A stretch of DNA of 64,000 nt from Bacilli bacterium. Its GTDB lineage: Bacteria > Bacillota_I > Bacilli_A > RF39 > UBA660. Made by a program: the position numbers and the translations under genes. The notes below the pieces were generated by a model that saw nothing but the letters and a program-made list of their open reading frames with translations, was not told the DNA's origin and ran no database searches. This document shows positions 10,419-18,635 of the stretch, piece after piece; positions within the stretch are counted from its first letter, which is position 1; every line of letters starts with the position of its first letter. The DNA is taken from contig JAFQQE010000015.1 of assembly GCA_017411405.1 (NCBI GenBank), positions 25,204 through 89,203 on the forward strand, given 5' to 3'.

Positions 10419-11111
10419 TTAAATAAATAATCTTTGTTTAATTTCATCCAATAATTTCTTGTTATATGATATTAAAAATAATAATATACTTATTATCAAA
10501 ATTGGTAAAATCGCATATAAAGACCATGTTAAAGAAATCTTTTCATATTTAAATAAATCTATACTACTTTCAATACCAATTATAGCAACAGAACTAACAA
10601 CTAAACATAAAACAATACTTCTAATTAAACTCTTTCTTCGTTTTTTTATCAAGAAAGTACATAACATAACATATATCCATAATATAAATATAAATGGCAA
10701 AACCAAATAAATAAACCAATGCATCCCACTATTTAAATAAGCAATTACAAAAAGTAACAATTCTATTCCAACAAAAGCCAAAGTATGTGAAATATACACA
10801 CTTTTAAAATTTAAATAACTTAATAAAGAACCAAAACATATAATCGAAAAAACCACATATATAGACCACGTAACAGAATGAGTAATAATTATATTACATA
10901 ATACAGTTACTAAAGCTAAAACAAATAAAACAAAATAACATATTTTTACTAAAAACTTAAAATCAACACTTTTAAATTTTTCAATTTGATTTGAGTATAC
11001 AGAATAAGAAACTTCATCCTTTAAATTTGGATTAATAACTTTTGTATTACATAAAGGACACTTTTTTTCGGATTTTGCAAGTTTCACCCCACAATTAACA
11101 CAATATGACAT
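10419..11111 (-). CDS. zinc-ribbon polytopic membrane protein (DUF6320-like architecture)
   Basis: 230 aa. N-terminal CVNCG...CPLCN zinc ribbon followed by about 6 TM helices. Confidence 0.6.
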   Translation of the reverse strand: MSYCVNCGVKLAKSEKKCPLCNTKVINPNLKDEVSYSVYSNQIEKFKSVDFKFLVKICYFVLFVLALVTVLCNIIITHSVTWSIYVVFSIICFGSLLSYLNFKSVYISHTLAFVGIELLLFVIAYLNSGMHWFIYLVLPFIFILWIYVMLCTFLIKKRRKSLIRSIVLCLVVSSVAIIGIESSIDLFKYEKISLTWSLYAILPILIISILLFLISYNKKLLDEIKQRLFI

Positions 11112-11113
11112 AA

Positions 11114-12400
11114 TTACCTCCTATTATTACTTTCTATTAAAACAGGAATTCCCATTTCAACCAATTTTGTAAAAAATAATTTTTCTAACTCTGTTTCTTT
11201 TATTCTTCTAGAAAAAGATATATATAATTTATCATTACAACTAACACATGATATTGTTCCCGGATTATTACGAGATCTTCCAATTATAAAATTAATATTT
11301 TTAATATATTTTGACATACTATTAGGTAAATCAATATTACCTAAATTAGAAAACGTTGTACTACAATACCTATCACCCATTAAATACTCACTAAAAGATA
11401 ATATATATTTTTTTAAAAACATAGGAATTAATCTAATAAAATAATTTCTTGCTAATTTAACATTACTAGATATTTTTGCATTCAACTTCTTTTCAGTAAT
11501 CATTAAACCCATACTGTTTTTTACTATTTTAATAATTTCATCAAAATTATAATGCCCATACTTAGTTTCAATACCGATATTAACATATGAAGAAAAGTTT
11601 CTCATAGTATTAGACTTATAAAAATTTCTTAAATTAATTGGAACTAAAACTTTTAAAGGCTTATTATTTTTTCTTCTTTCTTTTTCTTGAATATCCTGTA
11701 AACTAGATAATATAACAGATACAAAAAACTGAGTTATAGTACAATCATATCTTTTACTTATTTTTTTTATATCATCAACTAAAATTTCACCAGTTATTAT
11801 ATTTAATAAATGACTATCTATTAATGTTCCTTTATAATGATATGCAGTTTTTTCTTGCTCCAAAAAAGTTGTTTTTCTAGCATATTTTTGAAAACTATCC
11901 ATAATTTCTTCTTTTTTAGGGGATTTTTTAGGATTTAATATTTTATCTGAATATTCAATGCTTATTTTATTCTTTATTTTTAAATATTCAGCAACTAAAG
12001 AAAGTAAAAATGTTATAGCTCCAGTTCCATCAGTAAGAGCATGAAAGCATTCGAAAGAAATACTTTTATCATAATAACGAACTCTAAACATAAATCCTTT
12101 ATTTTCCTTAAAATTTATCCTAATCATTGGATTATTAACATCCTCTTCTATTATAGGCACACTATTAATATGTTTAAAATAATGCCAAAACAATCCTTGA
12201 TTTAGTTTATAATTAAAAGTAGGAAATCTTTTTAAAATTATCTTTAAAGCCTTATTTAATATAAGTTCATCTACTTGTTCTTTTAAAGTTACACTAACTC
12301 TAAACATAGATGCATATTTTCTAGTTAAAGTAGATGGATATATTGTTGCAGCATTATCTAATTTTATCCAATTAGGAATAATTTTCAACTTTTTTACCAT
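11114..12400 (-). CDS. HxxxD-type acyltransferase (condensation / alcohol acetyltransferase / WS-DGAT-like superfamily)
   Basis: 428 aa. CFHALTDGTG carries the HxxxDG catalytic motif. Only 2 nt separate it from the downstream gene. Confidence 0.65.
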   Translation of the reverse strand: MVKKLKIIPNWIKLDNAATIYPSTLTRKYASMFRVSVTLKEQVDELILNKALKIILKRFPTFNYKLNQGLFWHYFKHINSVPIIEEDVNNPMIRINFKENKGFMFRVRYYDKSISFECFHALTDGTGAITFLLSLVAEYLKIKNKISIEYSDKILNPKKSPKKEEIMDSFQKYARKTTFLEQEKTAYHYKGTLIDSHLLNIITGEILVDDIKKISKRYDCTITQFFVSVILSSLQDIQEKERRKNNKPLKVLVPINLRNFYKSNTMRNFSSYVNIGIETKYGHYNFDEIIKIVKNSMGLMITEKKLNAKISSNVKLARNYFIRLIPMFLKKYILSFSEYLMGDRYCSTTFSNLGNIDLPNSMSKYIKNINFIIGRSRNNPGTISCVSCNDKLYISFSRRIKETELEKLFFTKLVEMGIPVLIESNNRR

Positions 12401-12671
12401 AATATCCCTCCTACTTAATTAATCTTTATACTATCATACTTACAAATATAAAACAATTAAAAACAAATAATTTTATATAATGCATAAAATTATAGCACCG
12501 TTATAAGTATCTATTATTCTTAAATTTCTTTTTTCACAATATTCATTTTTCCCTTATTTGAGCATCAATAGAATATCCAAAGTCTTTTAGTTCTTCTCTT
12601 GTATATGATTTTTTATTTTCTAATATTAAAAAAATCAAACACTCATATAAAGTGTGCGAGTATTAACCTCA

Positions 12672-12707
12672 ATGGAGCAAATGCGTTATTGGTAACAACC
12701 TTTTTCA
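12672..12707. repeat. direct repeat DR-1 (tRNA 3'-half-like; att-like)
   Basis: ATGGAGCAAATGCGTTATTGGTAACAACCTTTTTCA is 34/36 identical to 15667..15702. Its first 15 nt (from TGGAGC) match the plus-strand image of the tRNA-Gly 3' end (TGGAGCAAGTGAGCG) at 11/15. GGTAACAACC resembles the T-arm GGAATCGAACC. Confidence 0.8.
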
Positions 12708-12750
12708 TATTTAATTTATCATATGTAATTTAATATATCAATATGAAATT

Positions 12751-12785
12751 AACCGACAAGATAACCGACAAGATATAAGCAAGAT
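12751..12785. repeat. tandem 12-mer AACCGACAAGAT x2 plus a degenerate third unit
   Basis: aaccgacaagat aaccgacaagat ataagcaagat read directly. It lies 9 nt beyond the LysR stop and about 45 nt inside DR-1. Confidence 0.8.
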
Positions 12786-12793
12786 GATTAAAA

Positions 12794-13663
12794 TTATTTT
12801 AAATAATTTATAAATGTTTTACTTGCAAAAGTTGATGTTATTGATTTATTAGTCGCCAAATAAACATTTATATTTGGTATTTTTTTATTTAATTTTAATT
12901 CTTTTAAATTTGGATAATTTCTTTTAGCTAAGTCTATTATAACAAAACCAATGCCTAAACCAATATTTGTAAATTCTGTAATTAATTCTTGACTTATAAC
13001 TTCCATTTTAGGAATTAATTTAACATTATTTTGTAATGCTATATAATCTAATAATTTTCTGCTATTAGATTCTTCTTTTTGTAATATTAAAGGATATTTA
13101 TTTAAATCTTCAAATTTATTAATTTCATCATTATAAAATTCATGATTATAAACAAAACCTTGTTTTAATTCTTTTATTTTTTCTAAATTTAAGTTAGTTT
13201 CTTTTATATTACTTTCATTAAAAATTACAAAATCTAATTTACCTAATTTTAAATCATTAATTAGATTACTTGTTAAATCATTTATTATGTTAATGTTGAT
13301 ATTAGCATAATCAGTGTGAAATTTTTTTAAAACATCTATTAGAATTAATTTGGTTAAAGTTGTTGAACATCCAATATTAATTTCTCCTTTTGTTAAATCT
13401 TTGAAAGAAGTAAATTCATTTTCTGCATTATTAATTAATTCCAAAGCTCCTTTAACATATTGATAAAACATTTTACCTTCTTCTGTTAATTCCATACCTT
13501 TATTACTTCGTAAAAATAAAGTACCACCTAAGCTATCTTCTAATTTCCTTATTGATTGTGATATAGCTGGTTGAGATATGTGTAATTCTTCACTGGCTTT
13601 AGTCATATGTTTGTATTTTGCAACAGTATAAAAAACTCTATATAACTCTAAATCTATATTCAT
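12794..13663 (-). CDS. LysR family transcriptional regulator
   Basis: N-terminal HTH (MTKASEELHISQPAISQSIRKLE) and a LysR-type substrate-binding C-terminal domain. AAGGAG RBS precedes the ATG at 13663; the ORF-track start at 13672 is a GTG inside the RBS. Confidence 0.9.
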   Translation of the reverse strand: MNIDLELYRVFYTVAKYKHMTKASEELHISQPAISQSIRKLEDSLGGTLFLRSNKGMELTEEGKMFYQYVKGALELINNAENEFTSFKDLTKGEINIGCSTTLTKLILIDVLKKFHTDYANININIINDLTSNLINDLKLGKLDFVIFNESNIKETNLNLEKIKELKQGFVYNHEFYNDEINKFEDLNKYPLILQKEESNSRKLLDYIALQNNVKLIPKMEVISQELITEFTNIGLGIGFVIIDLAKRNYPNLKELKLNKKIPNINVYLATNKSITSTFASKTFINYLK

Positions 13664-13754
13664 TATAAGCACTCCTTATGGATATGATAACATAAATATA
13701 TTGTACTTATCAACAAAAAGTTTGTAAAATACAAGTGAAGGGAAGAAAAATAAT

Positions 13755-14747
13755 ATGGAATTATTAAATAATAAAAAAGAAATTGATAAACCAATATATA
13801 TATTTACTGGATATTATGATTCAAGCGAAGATTGCTATGGTCCTTGTTTTGGACAGCCTGATTCTTATATATATGCAGAATACGAAAATATAAAAAGTAG
13901 TGTATATAATAGAGATAATAAAAGTGTTTTAAAAAAAGATATGTCTGATTTTGAAAAAGATAAAATAATAATTAAAGCTGAAATGTATGTTACTACTAAA
14001 GAAGTTAGAAAAGTTTTTAATGAAGAATTAAATAATATAAATAATAAAACAATTTATGAGTGTATTGAAGAAACAAGAAAAAGAATTAAAAATTTAAGCT
14101 ATTTAAAAAGTCCAGAATATAAAGAGAAAGTTTTATTAGATAAAATTCATGAATTATATAATAAAGTTAATAGTAAATTTATAAAAAAAGAAATATTATA
14201 TAGTGGAAAATTTCTTGATATTTTAAGAGAAATATATAAATTACCAAATGAAAAAGTAATTGAAAAAGAAAAAGTTATTAAAAATAATGGAAAAGATTCT
14301 GTAATAGTAGTTTCAATAACTAAAGATAATGAATATATAATTACTTTTCAAAACAGAATAAAAGATAAAATAATAGCAGAGTTTCCATCAGGATACATAG
14401 AAAATAATGAAGATGTAATAGAAGCAGTTAAAAGAGAATTGAAAGAAGAAACAGGTTATATATCTAATAATATATATATAATTGATCAAGCTTATACTTC
14501 TCCTGGAATTGATAATTCTATAACATATATTGTAATTGCAAAAGATTGTTTTAAAGAAGAAAAAACAGAAAGAGATAGTAATGAATTAATATCATTTGAT
14601 TTGTTTTCAGAAAAGGAATTAGAATATTTAATAAAAAGCAATATAATGAATGGTGCTTTAAATAAATTGGCCTATTATAATTTGATTAGTAATTCAAAAA
14701 AATATAACAAACCTTCTAATCAATGTTTACAAAAAATATTATTATAA
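13755..14747 (+). CDS. Nudix hydrolase (ADP-ribose pyrophosphatase-like C-terminal domain) with unknown ~140-aa N-terminal extension
   Basis: 330 aa. Perfect Nudix box Gx5Ex7REUxEExGU in GYIENNEDVIEAVKRELKEETGY. The preceding LYSGKFLDILREIYKLPNEKVIEKEKV resembles the NudF/ADPRase N-terminal strand region. Residues 1-140 have no recognisable motif. Confidence 0.8.
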   Translation: MELLNNKKEIDKPIYIFTGYYDSSEDCYGPCFGQPDSYIYAEYENIKSSVYNRDNKSVLKKDMSDFEKDKIIIKAEMYVTTKEVRKVFNEELNNINNKTIYECIEETRKRIKNLSYLKSPEYKEKVLLDKIHELYNKVNSKFIKKEILYSGKFLDILREIYKLPNEKVIEKEKVIKNNGKDSVIVVSITKDNEYIITFQNRIKDKIIAEFPSGYIENNEDVIEAVKRELKEETGYISNNIYIIDQAYTSPGIDNSITYIVIAKDCFKEEKTERDSNELISFDLFSEKELEYLIKSNIMNGALNKLAYYNLISNSKKYNKPSNQCLQKILL

Positions 14748-14794
14748 AAAATTTAGAGTATCAGTTTATTTAAAATAAAAAAGGAGGAGTTTGT

Positions 14795-15604
14795 ATGCCA
14801 AAAAAAATTATATATCATTATAAAAGAAATGGGGATAATAAAGATTGTATATTAGAAGTTCCATATTATGAAACAATTCAAAAAATAAACGGAAATGATT
14901 TTAGAAAAATTTTTATATTAGACATACGCTATTTAAAACATCGGGAAGAGATTTTTAGAAATTTTGATAATTTTCAAACACAATTGTTAGCTGATGAATT
15001 TTTCTCTTTACCTAAAGATACTGAATATCCTATGACTTTCTCTTTATATTTTTTAAATTATAATAATAAGATAGTAAATTGTGAAGAGATTTTATATGAT
15101 TATCATTTTGCATTGAAAGATTTCATAAGTATTGATGAATATAACAAAATTTTAAGAAAAGAACTAAATTTAATAGTTGTAAATAGTAATTCATCTTATA
15201 ATTATAATGGTAAAACAATACAAACTAATAATTTTAATTTAATATACGGATTGAATGGTAGTGGTAAAACCAGATTTTTAAAAGATATGGCATCTAAAAA
15301 AAATATACCTTTATTTTATCTAAATAAAAAATTTGAAGAAAAAAACATTTTACTCTCTAATTCTTTTCAATATTTAGAAAATTTATCAAAAATAATTGAT
15401 TATTGTCAAACTCAAAACATTCCACTTTTATTAGATGATTTATGTTGGTATTCTTTTGATTGGAGAAATCAAATAAAAGTTATTGATACATTATATGATT
15501 ATTCTCATAATAATGATGTTTTTTTTACATCTGCTCAGTATGAAATAAAGCGATTAGTAAAAAAACGTTCACATAAACCTAATATAATTGAGTTTGACAT
15601 ATAA
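14795..15604 (+). CDS. P-loop NTPase with unknown N-terminal domain
   Basis: 269 aa. Walker A is YGLNGSGKTRF and Walker B-like is IPLLLDDL about 55 residues later. The N-terminal ~140 aa are unrecognised. AAGGAGGAG RBS precedes the ATG, and the gap from the Nudix gene is 47 nt. Confidence 0.7.
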   Translation: MPKKIIYHYKRNGDNKDCILEVPYYETIQKINGNDFRKIFILDIRYLKHREEIFRNFDNFQTQLLADEFFSLPKDTEYPMTFSLYFLNYNNKIVNCEEILYDYHFALKDFISIDEYNKILRKELNLIVVNSNSSYNYNGKTIQTNNFNLIYGLNGSGKTRFLKDMASKKNIPLFYLNKKFEEKNILLSNSFQYLENLSKIIDYCQTQNIPLLLDDLCWYSFDWRNQIKVIDTLYDYSHNNDVFFTSAQYEIKRLVKKRSHKPNIIEFDI

Positions 15605-15639
15605 AAAAACTAATTCATTTCTGAATTAGTTGTAATAAA

Positions 15640-15666
15640 GCTTGATCGGTTCAAGCGTTTTTTCTT
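15640..15666 (+). terminator. rho-independent terminator after the ATPase gene
   Basis: GCTTGA-tcgg-TTCAAGC hairpin followed by GTTTTTTCTT. A second hairpin, CTAATTCA-tttc-TGAATTAG, lies at 15610..15629. The terminator directly abuts DR-2. Confidence 0.7.
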
Positions 15667-15702
15667 ATGGAGCAAATGCGCTAGTGGTAACAACCTTTTT
15701 CA
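15667..15702. repeat. direct repeat DR-2 (tRNA 3'-half-like; att-like)
   Basis: ATGGAGCAAATGCGCTAGTGGTAACAACCTTTTTCA is 34/36 identical to DR-1, in the same orientation. Confidence 0.8.
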
Positions 15703-15775
15703 ACAATATTTTATAAAAATTAAATAATCTTGTCAATATTGAAAAGCGTAAAAATATATTTGATTTTTTATCAAT

Positions 15776-16261
15776 TTATTTAATATACGAAGTATCAAAT
15801 CCTTCTGTAATATATCCATCACATTTAATGAAAGCTTTGGAATTTGGTGTGTTGTCATATATAAAAATAGCATATCCATAACAATTACAAGCTAAATTTG
15901 AATAACCTAAATCTTTAAGTGATACAATATATTCTTTGTTTTTCGACCAAGCTTCATAAAAAATTTTTTCAGTTCCATAATTATCCATTTTATTTTTTAT
16001 TTGCCATTCGATATCATCTGCAATTTGACATGATTTAATTTCATCAATATTATCTTTAACTTTTTTTGTATATGTAAATATACTAAATATAATGAAACCT
16101 AAAATTATGATATTAAGTATTAATATAAGTATATTAAAGATTCCTTTACTCCTTAAGTTTTTTGCACAAATAATAGTATTTATAATTAAACATATTATTC
16201 CTAATATATTCATTCCAAATTTAATAAGGACCAAACTTATAACTAATAAAATAAATGACAT
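15776..16261 (-). CDS. membrane protein (3 TM) with Cys-containing C-terminal soluble domain, unknown function
   Basis: 161-aa ORF. Hydrophobic N-terminal half; the C-terminal ~85 aa contain CNCYGY...KCDGY. No family recognised. Confidence 0.5.
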   Translation of the reverse strand: MSFILLVISLVLIKFGMNILGIICLIINTIICAKNLRSKGIFNILILILNIIILGFIIFSIFTYTKKVKDNIDEIKSCQIADDIEWQIKNKMDNYGTEKIFYEAWSKNKEYIVSLKDLGYSNLACNCYGYAIFIYDNTPNSKAFIKCDGYITEGFDTSYIK

Positions 16262-16400
16262 ATTAAATTCTCCTTTCTATCTTTAATATAATTATAAATC
16301 TAATTGTATGGTACTTCAATAAATAATTTTTACTATATTAAAAATATTTAAAATATGTTAATATATTTCTTGTAAATTATTTTTTTAAAAGGAGCATTTT

Positions 16401-17168
16401 ATGAAAGAAATAAAAGATTTAGTAGAAATTATACCTGATGATGTAAAAAAAGAGATATATAAGGATGGAATTAAAACTACTGTTATTGAAACAGGGGAAA
16501 CTTTATCACTAATTCCAAGAACAATAAAAAATGCTTTTTCTCCACTTAAAATGTGGTGTATGAATAGAGAGTTTAGAGTTAAAGAGTTAGAATTAGAGTT
16601 ACAAAAAAAATTAGAAATAAAAAAAGAAGAGAATATTGTCGATTGCGATCCTAGTATTTTTATTCCATCAGCGCAAGCTATTAGTTATAATTGGGATAAA
16701 ATAGATATTAGAGAGATGTATTTAAATTTAATGGTTTCTGATATGGATATTACAAAAAAAGAAAATGTTCATCCAAGTTTTTCAGAAATTATAAAACAAA
16801 TGGATTCAATAGATGTTCAAGTTTTTACAAAACTTTATAGACAACACATTATACCAGTTTATGTATTAAAACATAAAAAAATAGAAGGAACAACTCCAAT
16901 ACTAGATTATTTATTAGATGACGGATTTTATATCAATATATCTGAATATAGATTAATTAAAAGTTTAAACAATTTGGAGAGATTAAAATTAATTGATATT
17001 GATGTTGATAGTTATTATGTAGATAAAAAAGTATATAATTTAATAGAAAATAGTACTATTTTTAAAAATTACAAAGCTGAATTTTTAGATACATTGGTTA
17101 TTAAAAAAGGAATGATTAAAAAAACAGAATTTGGAAAAGGTTTTTTTAATGTGTGTTGTGGGCAATAA
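16401..17168 (+). CDS. Abi-alpha (DUF4393) family protein, abortive-infection associated
   Basis: 255 aa. IFIPSAQAISYNWDKIDIREMYLNLMVSDMD...VHPSFSEIIKQMDSIDVQVF matches the conserved core I recall for DUF4393/Abi_alpha (..LrnmFanLLassm....vHPaFveIIkqLsp.da..l). AAGGAG RBS. Confidence 0.65.
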   Translation: MKEIKDLVEIIPDDVKKEIYKDGIKTTVIETGETLSLIPRTIKNAFSPLKMWCMNREFRVKELELELQKKLEIKKEENIVDCDPSIFIPSAQAISYNWDKIDIREMYLNLMVSDMDITKKENVHPSFSEIIKQMDSIDVQVFTKLYRQHIIPVYVLKHKKIEGTTPILDYLLDDGFYINISEYRLIKSLNNLERLKLIDIDVDSYYVDKKVYNLIENSTIFKNYKAEFLDTLVIKKGMIKKTEFGKGFFNVCCGQ

Positions 17169-17255
17169 TGTTTTCTATAATAAAAAATTATTAGAATTAA
17201 CTATAAGTTTTATATTTATGTGTTATAATAAAATAGATAAATGGAGGTTTTGGAA

Positions 17256-18029
17256 ATGGAAAATTATACTTACAAACATATTTTATTAGGATTAAGAAAA
17301 GAATATTTAGAAAACAATGAAAAACTAGATAAATTAAGAGAATATGTATATTTCACTAAAGATAAAAAAAGTAATTATTATTTCAATATGATTTCTAACT
17401 CAAAAAATAAAACAGAAATGGTAGTAGATAGAGATAATATAAGAGAGAGTATATTTAGAAAATATGGATATAATAGAGTACCTACTCGTGCTTTTATGCG
17501 TATGTATGAAATAGAATTAAATTGTTTATTAAGAAAAAAATCTTTTAAGAAAAAAGACTTTAATATGAATATTATTGAGGGTAAAGAACGAGAATTTCAA
17601 GAGTTAATTAAAGAAATATTAAATTCGGATTTTGCTATTAATATGTTTTTAACTGATATCATTAAATCTAAAAGTTATTTAGATGAAGATTTAAAAAATG
17701 CTATTCTTCAACCGAATGTTTGTAATTATATATTTACTTTACGTACAGATAAATCTGAATTTGAATATGAAGGAAGAAAAGATATTATAGAATTTAGTAG
17801 TGTAAGTAAAATGAATGAAAAATTTAAGCCTTTGACTCAAGAACATATAGACGTTATTACTAATATTGAATTTCCTAAAGAATCATTTTCTTCTTATCAT
17901 CAAAATGTTATTGAAAAAAATTTAGATGCAAGACCTATAGTTTTATCTGAAGATTATATACCAAGCATTGGAGCAACATTTGAAATAAAAGAGGAACCTA
18001 AAAAATTAGTATTAATTAATAAAAAATAA
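17256..18029 (+). CDS. hypothetical protein (partner of the Abi-alpha gene)
   Basis: ORF 17241..18029. A GGAGG RBS lies 8 nt before the ATG at 17256, which favours the MENYTYK start. No motif recognised. Confidence 0.6.
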   Translation: MENYTYKHILLGLRKEYLENNEKLDKLREYVYFTKDKKSNYYFNMISNSKNKTEMVVDRDNIRESIFRKYGYNRVPTRAFMRMYEIELNCLLRKKSFKKKDFNMNIIEGKEREFQELIKEILNSDFAINMFLTDIIKSKSYLDEDLKNAILQPNVCNYIFTLRTDKSEFEYEGRKDIIEFSSVSKMNEKFKPLTQEHIDVITNIEFPKESFSSYHQNVIEKNLDARPIVLSEDYIPSIGATFEIKEEPKKLVLINKK

Positions 18030-18045
18030 AAGAGTTAAATTCGAT

Positions 18046-18078
18046 AAGTATATTGTAATCAATATGCTTTTTTCTTTT
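18046..18078 (+). terminator. rho-independent terminator
   Basis: AAGTATATT-gtaatc-AATATGCTT hairpin (one G-U pair) followed by a T-run. Confidence 0.6.
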
Positions 18079-18273
18079 GAAAGTTTGTGTACACAAATGC
18101 AGTATTTTATTAAAAAAATGACTAAAATCCCATAAAAAAATAATATGAGCATAAGAGGATGCTGGCAACAATGTGGACATTTTATTATTCTATGAAATAT
18201 GTGTATATTTTCACCATAATTACCATGTTTATATTTATCATATTGTTTTTGACATTTTTACTAAAAACTCAAT

Positions 18274-18309
18274 GGAGCGAATGAGAGTATACTTCCAAAC
18301 CCCTTTGAA
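18274..18309. repeat. direct repeat DR-3 (more diverged tRNA 3'-half-like copy)
   Basis: TGGAGCGAATGAGAGTATACTTCCAAACCCC. Its first 15 nt match TGGAGCAAGTGAGCG of the tRNA at 12/15. It shares the CTCAATGGAGC left flank with DR-1. Confidence 0.55.
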
Positions 18310-18635
18310 TTTTAAAAACCTTATAAATAAAGGATTTTGTGTTTTGACTCACCTCAAAGGGTTAATAGTTTTGTACAAAAAATTAATGATTAAAAATTAT
18401 TCTAAACACAGATTTAGTTGAATTATTAAATGAATAATTTGAGTTCTAGATATTGTGAAATATTCTTTATTTCATTCAACAATTAATAGCGCAATCATTC
18501 AACAAAACATTTATGCATCATTTGCACATTAGATTATAATAAACATACAATTATTCAACAAATTTAACTGAATCAATGGGAATATAGTAAAATAAGTGAA
18601 AATATGTTAAAATTATTTTGGACGTGATTTATATT

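Noticed and set aside
12401-12671. Possible integrase or recombinase gene remnant at the left island boundary
   Set aside because: Translating both strands gave only a ~35-codon frame (..LILENKKSYTREELKDFGYSIDAQIREK*) with no recognisable recombinase motif. That is insufficient to call a pseudogene.
18173-18421. 82-aa plus-strand ORF (GTG start) in the long intergenic region of the island
   Set aside because: It runs straight through the tRNA-like repeat DR-3. It has no RBS, uses a GTG start and has an odd composition. It is most likely a chance ORF in non-coding DNA.
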